The notes under the pieces: generated by a model | The model's input: the letters and a program-made list of their open reading frames with translations, nothing else | Database searches by the model: none | What the model was told of the DNA's origin: nothing | NCBI GenBank assembly: GCA_025786725.1 | Contig: JAHLTZ010000022.1 | Location: 408,435 to 472,434, forward strand | Origin: Syncephalis fuscata S228 | Lineage: Eukaryota > Fungi > Zoopagomycota | DNA: 64,000 nt | Direction of reading: 5' to 3' | Translations under genes and position numbers: made by a program | Part shown: piece by piece, positions 13,478-27,072 of the stretch | Numbering within the stretch: the first letter of the stretch is position 1 | How the letters are laid out: every line of letters begins with the position of its first letter

Positions 13478-14771
13478 TTACCAATCATTGACCTGACATG
13501 CATTAACTGTTTTACTGTGTTTAGCACTGCGTCCACCTTGGTTTAAAGCAAAGTACCAATTATGTTTAGTGCAAATCAGCTCCTCGCCCATAACCGCTCC
13601 CTAACATACAAGATCAGCTATTGTTAATTAAGAACTTATGACTATCTATCTTACCCTAGTAGCCATATCTACACGTTTATGTGGACAGAATCGATCTGCT
13701 TCGTATATTTGACCAGAAGAGGTGCAAACACGAATACGCTGTCCATTAATTGCCTTTATTGTTGGAAATATTGGTTTTGTTGTCTGTACATCATAGCTAA
13801 CTTGTAGCTCTTTACTATTTCTTTCTTCTTTTTCATTCTCTGAAGAGGAAGATGATGATGACGATGATGATGAAGAAGAGGAAGAGGACGAAGAAGATTT
13901 ATCGGACTTCTTTTTCTCTTTTTCATCTTTTTAGATGCATTATATTCCATTACGATATCGGTTTCATTATTTACTTCTTTATCATTGAGTAAATCCATAG
14001 CCGATGTTGCTTCTTTAGCAGCTATTGCTTTCATTTGCTTTGATATTAAACTACGTTCTATTACCGTGATTAATATTTATATTTTTATTATTAATAATTC
14101 TACCTTTTTTTATCTTTTTCAATTGCTTCTTAATCTTTTTTGCATACTTTTTCATATTCATCTCATTCGATTGCCCTTGATAAATAGCAGCCATGGAACG
14201 TACTTTTTCCAAATCTACATCTGGTGTTTTCCCAACATTAATTGCTACTTTAAGTAAATCCTTAACAAGTGGCAGTAATGGGATTGCCTTTATACACATA
14301 AATGTTAATAAATGTATCAACAATAACAACAGCTTACATTCCAGCCATCCGATGATAGAGTGCGTAACTCGCCAATTGTATACAGTCGATTCTGCTCAAT
14401 AGTTGCAAGATCACTAGATATTTGTTCATTTGTCCAATAGTGTTCTTTGCCAATTTGTTCCAATAGCGTAGTAACCCGCTAATAAATTAAAACGTTAATT
14501 TTGGTTATTAATGTCACAATAATTACTACTGTATAATTTACCATTGTATCGGGCAGTGGCACTACATCGTCTAAGGGCCAAGAATAAATAGCTATTATTA
14601 GTAATGCAATAATATAGCTTACGTCGCCTCATTACCTGTAATATTGGCCGTGTTCGCCATTGGTGATGCCATAAAAGTACTACCGCTCGTATCGCGTACA
14701 TTAAGGTAGGTATCGAGTAAGGAAGCGGCACTAGCACCACCGCCATAGTATTTCTTTTTATGTTTCCCCAT
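13478..14771 (-). CDS. Multi-exon protein with C-terminal Rieske [2Fe-2S] domain and Lys/Ser-rich linker
   Basis: Starts MGKHKKKYY. Rieske ligands DRFCPHKRVDM and LICTKHNWYF. Ends NACQVNDW*. GT-AG introns throughout. Confidence 0.75.
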
Positions 14772-15043
14772 AACTATATACTATGGTAAACTATACAGTA
14801 TGGAACAAGAAAATAAAGTAAGGGAATAAAATGAGAAAATGGGGCAAAATGATGGATATGTTATATTCAAATCGCCACTATCTCTTTATAATCCGATATT
14901 ATTATACAAATCAAATGAACACAACACTCGTTAGTTTTCTTTTCCTTAGGAAGAAAAATGTTAATAATAATTATTAGCATTAAAAAGTAAAAGTTATTGA
15001 TTGTTTAGTTTCTGTGTCTAGTTAAATCCATCTAAATGCAATA

Positions 15044-16522
15044 GTCATGGCATAAATCTGGCCGGAATTGCCGCTGGGAAACTGATTATTTTATGGAGTT
15101 GCTCCTGAGGCAACACTTGGCTCTTATCGCGTATTTGGTTGCAAAGGTCCAACTTCAACTTCGTTGGTGTTGCAAGCCTTAACAACTGCAGTACAATATG
15201 ATAAAATGGAAATTATTGTATTACCGGAAATTGCCATCGTAGATAAATACAGCATTGAACTGAGAGAAACAATAGAAGTTGCTGCGAGACAGGGTGTAAT
15301 TATGATTGTTGCAGCAACAACTAATAATTTCATGAATCAGCAATATTTTTCATACCAAGGTCTTTCTGTATTAAGCGTTGGTGGCGCCAGACAAGATTAT
15401 CGTCCAATGCATTGGTTTGAAGAAAAACAACCCGACGTCGTATTGAGTTTATGTCTTCATGTTCAGGCATGAGCTACAACTTTGGTAAGAAATGGACATT
15501 ATTCCTAGTAGTCATAAAGCACTTTGAATGAACGTTTTAACGGATTTAAAAAAGAAAGCATTGCACTTGTTTGGTATGATAGATCAAAAATGCCTGATTT
15601 GTTCGAGCGCGCTAAAGCAATAGGAATGACTGCGCTTATCATTGTAAACGATGCTACTAGAATGAGACAAAAATGTGATATACCTCTATTCGGTATCAGT
15701 GAAAGAGATGCTTTATTTATAATAGAAGGCTACAAGAATAAGCTTAAATACAAGTATATTTTTGCAGAAAAATATGGCTACATCGAGAATGGCAATGTTA
15801 CTGTCGATACGGCTGGACCGCAAAACAAACCATTCATACCACCTTTCTATCCTGACATATTGGCACCAAGCCATGAAATCTATACAGCTACTATTACGCA
15901 AAAACAAAACAAGCCTCATTTCAGCGATATATCTGCCGCTGTTGCCTATGTTGCCGGTGCAGCTGCACTGATAGCCGAAGCCAATCAATATAGTTCCATT
16001 GATATTGAATATATCAAGACTGCATTGCAAAACAACGCAGTTCCACTCAAAGACACCAGTACAGATTATTATGCTTCCGCCTTATATCAAGGTGCCGGCA
16101 TGCTTAATCTTAACAAACTAATAGACACTGAAGCCATCTACGTTTCTCCATCTTCGATTGATGTGGGAGTTACACATGCCAGTGTAGTGAATGTCCCAAT
16201 CCAGATTTCACCTTTATCTGCTACATTGTTATCGTATAAACTTTCACATATTCCAACTGCTGCAGTTTTAATGTCGAAACCTATTGGTAATATGTTCTCA
16301 AGGCCACCTGTAGCTGCAGTTGTTTCTTATCCACAATATATTAATTTACAACCAAATCAGATAGATGAGTTCACTATAACAATCAGTATGCCGATGAATA
16401 TATTAAAGGATGAAATATGGTTATATTCCGGATATATTGTCATCGATCCCAATCCGAGAATTAATGGATTACCATCGAACCGTGCTGTTTTTGTTCCGTA
16501 TTATGGAACAGTCTATGGCTAA
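15044..16522 (+). pseudogene. Degenerate, 5'-truncated subtilisin-like (S8) peptidase with PA/Fn3-like C-terminal part
   Basis: HGINLAGIAAG, GVAPEATLGSYRVFGC, PDILAP, YVAGAAAL, QGAGMLN. The GTSMA motif is altered to DISAA. No Asp-motif exon or signal peptide found upstream. At least two frameshifts. Confidence 0.65.
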
Positions 16523-17566
16523 ACAACTTAGATACAGATCATGTTCAATGTTATTTTATTATTCTATTGGCAGTATTTTTTATAATAAACTAACTAGCAG
16601 ATCATATTAAAGTTGTCCATGGTTCTAGTTAGCTAGATTATTTAACATAGTGTATTTTCTGTCTAATAGATCCAATTTTAAATCGAAGAATCTTGAACCT
16701 CTGTTAGAAGCTAAATAAATGTAACAATCGCATAAAATGTTGTGCTATTTAACATTATTATACATCTTGTTTTTATTAGCAAATTTATTAACCATTCAAT
16801 ATGATTTGGAAGAAAATAATTACATTCAATAATATCCAATCTATTGAACATGATGATGGATAGTGAATGACATCAATCATCAAAATACTCATTATCGTAG
16901 ATTTATTATCCAATATGCATATATTCAGTATACATATATGTCATTTACATAGCCTATTCATACCATTATATTTGGATCACATTCTATTTATTACACTATA
17001 CTTTTATTGCCAATGTTTATGCATTTTTTAAATATTCATTCTTATTATATTATTTTATTAATTTATAATTGTATTTCAGTATCAATAGTAAAGTAAAGCC
17101 AACGATGCATCAAATCAAGAATGCAATTTACATAAACCAATTTCCAGTAATCATCGCATGACAGAGTAATGATTACAATACCAGCATCTGTTGCTTGAGA
17201 AAAGTTTACTATGTTCTATATTTAAGGCAGCATTACAAATATCCAATTTACTAAACTGGAAATGATAGACAATTATGCACAATACAAAACTATATACATA
17301 TACAATTTACGTATTGCCTTCGTAGTGCAATTTTCGTATATAAATAAATACTGATTAAATACACTGATACAAACTGCTGCACCGTCCCAACACATATCCA
17401 GTATTGTCGACCCCTCACAGTGTGCTCAGATACGTGTCACTTGTCTCCTTGTTCATGTTCGGAACTGTACTTATATTATAAACAGGCTTTTCTTATTTGA
17501 ATCCAAATATTGCTATTACTATTTGTTTTGTTTTTATCACTGCTGCTTTACTGTCTATTCTTTAGC

Positions 17567-18294
17567 ATGTCAGGTAAGTAAAGTATCTCATCTAGTTAGT
17601 TAAATAACAATGATTGTAAGCATCTTGTGCGCAAACAAGCGGGCTATCATTCTGTAATCGAGTGAACTACCGCGTACCAGTACCGAGTGGCGGCAATACC
17701 ACTAATGCGGCACAAGCCTATGATGACCGTGCTCGCAAGTACTATGACAATTTTACACAGTTACTTGATCAATTTGACTGCGATAATCGCTATTCATTTG
17801 AACGTAATTGCGATAATTGCCGAGATGCATACAAAGATTGGCTATGTGCTATGACTGTGCCGCAATGTCATCAAGGGGACAGTGCCGGTGATAGCTACGA
17901 CCCGAAAGATCCTAATCTGCTTGCAAGGCCGAAAGATAATGGACGTGCCTTGCCATCAACAGGTACTTGGACCGAAGTACTGCCATGTGTTGGGCTTTGC
18001 TACCGCGTTGTTCAAAGTTGTCCCGCCTATTTCCAGTTTGCATGTCCAAGTATTAGCCACAACAAAGCAAATAGCTATGGTGTGGATTTAAAGCAGTTAA
18101 CGCAGCCTGAAAGCAAACTATTGAATAATAATGCCGTTCAGTGCAATAACATTGGTATTGGCGAAGCATTAATGAAAAATAGCGGTGCTTGTTCGCATCG
18201 TATGGATACACGTACCACTTCAATGTCAACAGTGTTATTGTTATTATATTTTATTATGGGTACAATAGTACTGCCACTGTTTCCTTTATTCTAA
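17567..18294 (+). CDS. MID1: Mid1/FAM155-like Cys-rich calcium-channel accessory protein (short form)
   Basis: LSFCNRVNYRVP, FDCDNRYSFERNCDNCRDAYKDWLCAMTVPQC, EVLPCVGLCYRVVQSCP..FQFACP. Hydrophobic GPI-like C-tail. Start uncertain. Confidence 0.8.
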
Positions 18295-18410
18295 GCTGTA
18301 ATTTTGCATTATTATAAACTATTAATTTTTAAATATTTATTATACTTAATGTTGAATATATTTATAATTATAAACTGATTGCAATAAACTAATTGCCGTA
18401 TACACAGAGA

Positions 18411-21400
18411 CTAGGCAAGAATATGCGCTAGCTCTCTATCATCAATTTCTTGCTGGCGTTTGTGTATGAGTTCACACAAGTGCTCGTAGACCAGCCAGGG
18501 AAACGAGAGACGATCGCCGTATTCACCAGCCAATGCACGTTCCGATGGCTCATACGTCACGTAATACCAAGCCGACGCCTTACTACGAATTGCTTCTTGA
18601 ATATGTTCGGGAAAGGGAGCCTTTTTTGATACAGATGATGAAGTAGCAGCAGCAGTAGTAGCCGTGTTAATAGATGATCGGGCCATCAAGTCTTCAAGTC
18701 GTACATTAACAGCACCACCATTATTAGCTGGTTTCGCATCAATAATTGCACTTTCTAGTGGATCAGCCTCTGTAGCAACGGCTTCTTTAAATTCTTCCAT
18801 AAAGTTTCGTTTAAATCGAGCTTCAATACCACTAACAAGCTCCATGACTTGCTGACGCAAATGATAATCACGGCGTTGGAACGCATCTTGGAATTGAATG
18901 ACCCAGCCGCTAATCGCTTCCCATTCAGTAGCAATGCCAAACTGCTTCATCACCCCATCAATTGCTTGATCGTAGTCATGTTTTAGTATGCGTGCTTCTT
19001 TAAGAAATATTTCATAGCCATTAGCTAGCATTCGTTCATCGATTTGTGCATTGTCGTCCGGTTTAAACTCTTCAAGAGTAATTGCATCATAAATCTTGCC
19101 TAGTACTGTCTCAGAATGATACATTGGCTTATCAGACTTTTCCATAAAATGTGGATAACTACGTGGTCTTAATGCACGTTCAAACTCGGCTGGAACACCT
19201 GTTTTTGGGAAATCTACGGCAATTGAATGTAGCTGTGCAAGTCGAATACATGTGCCATGTCGTGCACCATTTGTTAATTGATCAGCCTGTGCAAGATGGG
19301 CATGGGCAATCATACCAAGATTGTCGTATAAAATATAATTGACAAAGAACTAATAATAAAATGAAATGATCAGTGTTAATAACGTTAATAGCCAATTTAT
19401 TCATTTTTACCCTTTTAATATCTCTAATATCAATATTCTCTTTGGTTGGTGAGGTTGGCGGTGTATTGTCCATGGGTTTAAAATCAGCTTCTGGTAATAA
19501 CTTTGGGTCCCAAATACATCTATTACATCAATAATCATAATAATAATAATTGTTAATACCATCTATTATATCTATTAAATATTTTAACTTACGTAAATTC
19601 ATCGCCATCTAAATCACCACCACTACATTGACTTGGTACATCGCGGTCACCCTTTTGACTAAATACAATAACGTTTTTTAAATGTCTTAATTCTGGCTTA
19701 TCAACTGCTGTTAGCAAACGAATATCGCCAGGATGGAAACATGGATTTCTTGTAACGGCACATGGACCAGTAGGTACGTAAGGCTTTTCATAAGCTGGAT
19801 GATCGTATTGAAGAAATATTTCGTGTGGTTCTAGGATATTAAATTCATCCATTACACCAAGTAGCATAACACTTTGTTCAATGGGTATTTTTGCCTTGCG
19901 TTTCAGTTCACGCAATTGGCAGGCCCGGAATACACGTAGTAGATTGGCTAGATACGTTTCATGTTTATCAAGTAGACCAGCCCGTAACATGGCCACCATA
20001 CGATTGACCGTTTCGTATTCATCGCCTGATTGTTGCAATAAACGAATGGCCGTCTCACGCTCGTTCATGGCCCGATTAATACGATCCATCATTTCCGTCA
20101 TACGATTAAGTATAACATTACCATCCACACCTAAACATGTAAGTAAAACAATAATCTGTCGATTAAGTGCACCAGCAGTGTAGTTTGCTACTCGAATGAC
20201 TTCAAGAGCCCGATGATCTGATTTAAATTTACACTGACTGTCACGATATTCAATACGTCGTAGTGTCGATGATAGTGGCGGATGTAGACTCAGTACACCT
20301 TTGCAGCCACCAAGTCTAAACTGGACTGCACTTGGTAGCTCTTTAAGGCCCATCTTTTCTTCAACGGCCCTAGCAATTGCTAATGACATACGACCAACAC
20401 CATCCGAGAATGTATAAGCGCCATCAGTAGTAATAATATCGGGAATACGCTTTAGCTCTTTAGGTTCTAGTTCAATAGTCATTCTTGTACTAGAGAAACA
20501 CTGGCCCATACGTGCGGCTAGCTTGCCAATAATCTTATAGTCTGAAAAGTCACCCATCCATTCACGGATTTGATCGGCAGTAATGCCATTATCGCCTTGT
20601 TTAGATGCAATAAACCAGCAGCCATATTCTCTTAGCTGAGAGGATGAAAAGGCCAGAAACTCATAGTGTCGTCCACCTACAAGTATGCCACGTACTAAAA
20701 TACTGAATAAACGTCGAAATAGCATATCATGGGTTTTTTCTGCGCCACGAATACCGAATAGTGACTCATCCAAAAATTGGATACGTAATAGTCGATCAGC
20801 ATGTTGAGCAAATGACCTGACTACGCGATTTGACGTCTCCACCATCGGTTCAAGTACGTACATTTTTGTTGGTGTGACAACAACTTTAGGAATGGCCACA
20901 CAATAATCCGGTAATGCTGTACGGTTTGTATGTTCACTAATAATACGACCGGCACCTTCAATCCACGTATCTGTTGGCGTATCAGCTTCATATTCGTCGT
21001 CATCTGCATTATAAGGATCCTCATCTGATTTCAATCGACTAATTTCACGTTCAAGCAGCTCATTTATATTATCGGTATCGCGCATTCTATGGACAAGATT
21101 ACGTAAAGCATGTTCAGCAACGCCGTTATCAACATTATTAGCCAATAAGTTTAAAAACTCTTCATCAATAGCATGTTCCGATAAACGTCGTTGTGTAATA
21201 TACTGTTGAAGCCGATACTGTACGGGAAATGACTTGGCACCTAGTGTAGCCAACTTGGACTGGCTAATCTTCTTCCATGGATATTCAAATGGATCATAGG
21301 TGACGTTTAGATCGAGTTGCGTATAAAACGATAATGTTTCCTCAGCTCTAGTACCATTTCTTGACATTGCTGTATCAGTTGTTGTTTTGTCGTTATTTTT

Positions 21401-23454
21401 AACAGTGGCTGGAATGCCTTGTAAAGGATTCATACGCGCATCTTCATTATCAGCCAAATGACGAAGTCCAAATATCTGCGCATTCTTTAGCGTATTAAGA
21501 AATGTTTGACCATCTGATCGTCGATTTGATCCAAAATTAAACTGAAGCCGATAATCTAACCAGAACCAAACAGCACCAATCCTCTGTCTTCATCATGCGG
21601 CAATACTTCAAATGGCTCAGTTTTTGAAGATTGAGGCACTGGCTGCATTCTAATATGCACTACACGTTGCCAGGCATTGTCGCGATTGTAGGTGCCTTCT
21701 TTGTTCGTGCTTGTACTTTCAACACGCTTCTCCAGCCGTTCGACCAATGGTGGCCGTGTTAATTTTAGTAACAACGTAACACTTTGTGGTGGATCTGCAT
21801 CATCGCGCATATTACGTATAGTCTGATCGTTACGTTGAATACGGAACCAACAAGGTGCATCTTTACACCGTAGTTCCATTCTAAAGTCTATGCCATCAAA
21901 TGTAAACTCCAGCTGTACTCGGCCTTTGTTTGGATCAATGGCCATTCGAACACTGCCATCCGGCTCCCAACACGATAGATAGACACCACGACGCGGCTCA
22001 GATCCCAGTTCTAACGAGTCAGCTGTAAATCGCTGCCATCCTATGCCGCTACCTTCTTGTCGTTGATTGTTCGGCAATTGCTCTTGTGGTGGCTGAGTAA
22101 GAAAGCGTGGCAGCAATACTTCTCTCGAAGCACATTCTTCGTCAATCCTACGATGCTCGTCAATTTCTTGATCGCTCATCGCATTGACCCATACTGAACT
22201 GTTGCAAATACTTATACTTAGTGCTTCTGTTCGCTCAATCAATTTTCGAATTATAGTATGAGGGTTTGGACTTATAGGCATATAACAAATGGCACCTCGA
22301 CCCGTATGTCTACTAGCACTTGTATGACCGCCGGTATTTGTCTTAAGATCAAGACGAGCACTATAGAGATTACCAAATTCGCTAAATACTTTGACTATGT
22401 CTTGTAAATTGGCTTGTTCTGGAACACCTCGCAGTGAAATAAGTAAACAGCGCGGCATTCTTACAGTTGTTCTTGTAGATGGAGGCGAATAAGCTGATTG
22501 TTCTGGTCGAGAAGAATAGGAATTACGGCCATTTCTTCTATCGGTGTTATGTTCTGAGCGTCTTGAAAAACGTCTTTCTTCTTCCTGGTTAAGCTGTTGT
22601 CGATATCTATCTATCATATCGCTAAATAATTGATCATTTTATTACATTTAATTAGCACTATTAACGAAAATAATAAACACACCAACTTACAAGCTTATTT
22701 CTGGCGGCTGATTGTCAATTTGTTTGCCATGTTCATCGCTATCATTTATCTGTCTCTCTTGGTGCATTTGACGGAATACAGTTGAAACGCGCGCAATTCG
22801 CCTTGTTTGATTATTGGGTGCAGGTGGACTGCGAACATTATTGCGAATTGTTGCCTCATTGTTGGATTGTTGATTATCGTCTTCGTCTTGAGAAGATGAT
22901 CCATACTGATTTGATCGAATTATTGGTGATCGAGGCTGATCTCTTCTAACAAAACTAATATCCTGTTGGGCATTATAAATATTATTATTGTATATTGGCG
23001 CGCGATTCTCGCCATTCAATCGATCTAGTCTCTCGTCGTATTGAGTGTCATTATGTGAATTATGGCGTTCTCTGTTATACTCTGCTGGCTCGTCATATAG
23101 TCGAGACTGATAATCGTAACTGGCGTTGTTGTTCGAATTAGCTTGCGTAGAATTGAAGCCATTTCGTGGTCTAGTAGCTTGTATTTGTCGAGGGTCAGTC
23201 TGCCGTACAGGCATACCGTCGACCCATATAGTTGTAGAGCCATAGCCAGACGTTGGCCTTGGGTTGCTGCTAGATTCGGCGTGCCGACCATTTACATTGA
23301 AAGATGCTGGTGGCGATGAAGGTTGCGCACGACGCGCTGTTCCGTCACGGCGACAGCTAGGCAGCTGGTCGACAGTTTTACCAAGCTGCGCTGCGAGCAT
23401 TTCACGAAGATCATCGTCGTCTGATGAGCTATCAAAAATATCTGGTAAATCCAT
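18411..23454 (-). CDS. Cellular RNA-dependent RNA polymerase (RNAi; QDE-1/SAD-1/RDR family), multi-exon
   Basis: FSSSQLR, AARMGQCFSST, FSDGVG, QFRLGGCKG, RNPCFHPGD, catalytic SGGDLDGDEF, AVDFPKTG. RRM-like segment in the 21556-22617 exon. Frameshift near 21565. Confidence 0.95.
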
Positions 23455-25393
23455 ATTGATAGTGGTTAAAAAGAACAAAGAGGTATAAACAGTGGATATG
23501 ACGTAAACGTCAAAGGATGCTATTGTGAGCAAGCCAGAACATCAGTTAAGTAATCGTTTACGTTATTTGGTACACGTTGTGCCACTTACGGACTGTATTA
23601 AATGTGAATGTAATTAAATAATATTTACCAACTATCATTAATTTGTATAGTAAAAGATGTACCAATAAAAACTCAACACAATATTGCAATAGCCATGAAT
23701 ATAGCTTTGTACAAATAATTGCAATACTTGATTATTTATTAAAACACTGCTATAAGGCTATTATAGTTTATTTCAAAATTATTTTTGAAGTTCAATGATT
23801 GCATTTCCAAATAGTTTTATCTGTCAATTAACCTGCTGTTTAGTTAATCTAGCGTCAATGATAGTTCGTGTAAAACAATAATAGCATCAGGAGAGCTATT
23901 GAATGTTCGTTGTTTAGATGTTATTTGTTTGATACACATGGCACTATTGTCAAAAATAATACAAGAAACCAAAGTGTATTTTATTAAACATGGTATCTAT
24001 AGATACAAGCTAGCATGTGGATCATCATTTAGTATTATGTGCAACAATCAGAATATTGCTTATAATAATTTTAATATATCAAGTAAGTCACATGTATTAA
24101 TTATGCAGATAGCTATAAAGTAACACTGGATATCAGTCTATATAATTACATTTACGCTCTACAGAACAGCAGCAAATAAATAGCAATATACGCTTTTAAG
24201 TTTATAAAACATTCAAAACTAATAAACAACAATTTTACAGCATATTTTATATTACTGTAATGATACTGTAGTATATTTTATGCTGTTAGAAATCTGTTTA
24301 ATTTTTAAAAGACTACAACCATAAAGATCGAGATTAGCAAGTATTGACAAAAATATGCTAAGTTTACATTAACGTAGATTAGCTATTGCACACAAGAAAA
24401 ATCTAGATTGGATATTCAATTAGATTTAAGCGGTAATAGATTGAAATGCTGATTTTTATTTGCGCTGATATTGACCGAATATATCAACACAATAACCATA
24501 GTTTTCTAAACATACTATATAAAGCTTGTGGTTTAAAAAAAGCGTAGTATTATAATAAAGCAGGTAAAAGGCTTAGAGCATATGGCCGTTGCTATATAAT
24601 TTATGATTTATAATCTGCTAGACTATAACTGCGGACATGGCAATGCATTAATAATGCTATAGTTGATACAATCACTCGTAAAATAGCTATGCAAAAATAT
24701 TACATTAGTAAATAGTACCTTGCTGTAAACATTATCTTAGTCGTGAATATGTTCAATATGCGCCGAGAGCCATCACAATCTACATACAACGGCAATGAAG
24801 GCTATATCTAAATGAAGCTGTAAGCAATAGTTGTTCAAAACATACGTACATAATTGTGGTATTTCTATAACCATTGAACATGGGATCCCACAATAACTAT
24901 CATTGTTTTGAATGCTTGTTTTCTATTTTTAAACCGGAATGAATGTTTCTAAAAGCTATATGCAAATCGCTTGACAATCAAACCATGTGGAGTTGAAACC
25001 TATATTTACTTGTAGTAGTTCCAAGTCTGGTACACCCATACATAATCGTACACAAATTTACCTTTTTGGTCTACGATTGATGTGCTAGCAGTCTCAGCTC
25101 ATTTATTTTTCCTATCATTATGTAGATTGCCTTTTTGAGCTGCAGTCGATGTTGCAGCCGTTTTGAATTCAGCTATTTTTACATGTGGCACATCCGCATT
25201 ATCTTCTATGCTGGATAATTAATCAGCTACAGTTTTTCAAATTTGCTATAAAATGTCCATAGTTTGACCATCTGTTGCCGTGTATTTCCTATACACACTT
25301 CGCTTATACTGCTATCTCTAGAGGCATTTTACAAATTCCACTTTTACATAAAATATATAACTTGCTATCCTTGTCAAACGATTAAAAATTGCC

Positions 25394-26549
25394 ATGATAA
25401 TTTCCAATCCCAAGCCTCTCATTGCTCTCGTGGTTGCTGCATCGACACTAGTATCCGCCATAAATGCTACCCCACCACCTGCTTCAGCATCTGTTGCATC
25501 ATCTGCCGTAGTACCTCAAGAGATTCAGGATTAATAAACAAGCGCAAGGAACATTTAGGACAGAAAGAATCAACCATCCGAAGGTTTGACGGTATGATAC
25601 AATATCAAGTCGGCTATGCCGTCAAATCAATTTCAATGAGATTGAAAGACAATACTAAACTTGTATTCTAACCTAAATCTGTATTTTTATTTTAAAATTT
25701 CAAAATCACATTAGTTAATGAAATATTTAAAGGAAAACTAAGAGTATACGATGCATTCGGCATATCAGGTCTTTTTATTGAAAAAGCATCCTATCACGAA
25801 AGTGGTTATATTGTAACTAGATCAAGACTAGGCAACAGCAAAGTTCAATTTATTTGCGGAGATGACGAAGTAAAAGCACCAAGTTTCCGATTCTTTAAGG
25901 TATGTTCACATTTAATATTGGACTATTGCTAACGTGCTTGAATAACAACAGGATGCTTATGAGCTTTCACAAACGCATCCAGGGCTTTATGAAGGTACTG
26001 AATATGTATCTGGACCTAAACAGCGAGTATTTGAGCCCAAGTTCAAGCTTGAATGCTTTTTGGGCACCCAAAGCGATGGCGGCACAGCCTTAGAAGATAT
26101 CTTTGCAGGAGGAAACATATCAGTTGAAGTTGCAACGAAATATGTTGAACGAATTTCAAAAGGTAAACAGGCACACAAATAGTATAAGCATTATAACATA
26201 GTATCAATTAGGTCTGCAATACATGCGCACAATAGGCTGGATGCCTAGCAAAATGGATCACAGTAAGTTTGATTGAACTTTAGTCTGCATTACAATGGCA
26301 CTGATATTTGATTTAGACTTTGTTGGAGATAAAAATGGATATCTATTCTACAGGTCTCATGCTGACAGTGTTGATTTGAACTCCAAAGATTTGAGTTTAG
26401 GTGTGAAAAAAGCACTAATCAATGACTATAACGAGACCCTTTGGGGAGTACTTGGAAAATTGTACAAGATAATTCTTAAAACCAAAGACTACGAATTATC
26501 AAAAGAAGAGGTCAAGAAGAGATACATACAATACAAAATAGTATTTTAG
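25394..26549 (+). CDS. Secreted protein with degenerate kinase-like fold, multi-exon
   Basis: Signal peptide MIISNPKPLIALVVAASTLVSAINA. Exon chain with GT-AG introns including KYVERISK|GLQYMRTIGWMP (helix E/catalytic-loop-like). Apparent frameshift near 25515. Confidence 0.6.
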
Positions 26550-27072
26550 CAATAAAACCGAGTTTACAGATAATATTTTCGGCATATAAACATAACTATC
26601 GTATACCCAATTCACTTCCCGTTGTTTATGAGTATAATACTTAGTTATATTACCAGCCATAGTATCTTAAATTGCAAAACTAAATGTCATAAGCAATAAA
26701 TTCGAATTTATTCTAAATCATTATTGTTCAAGTATTATTTTATTAATGCTTTTAATAGTCAATAAGCGTCAATTTAAACGAACTGTCCATTAATTTAATT
26801 ATCATAGAAATGCTAATAAGTTTATTCATATGACAGTAGCTAGTAATAGTATATAGTATCATCTGCGCACAATTCATTGTAAAATAGACAAAATGGAATT
26901 AGCAATGGGCTAAGCATGAATAAGAAGATAAAGTATATGACGAAGGAGTAAAATTACTATATATTGGGAAATAAAAGACACTAGCGCATAGTGTAGCAAA
27001 GTAAACGATACATAAACAGTGGACTATCAGTGTATACAAATGTACACATCTGTTACTTATCGCTTGCTTGTT

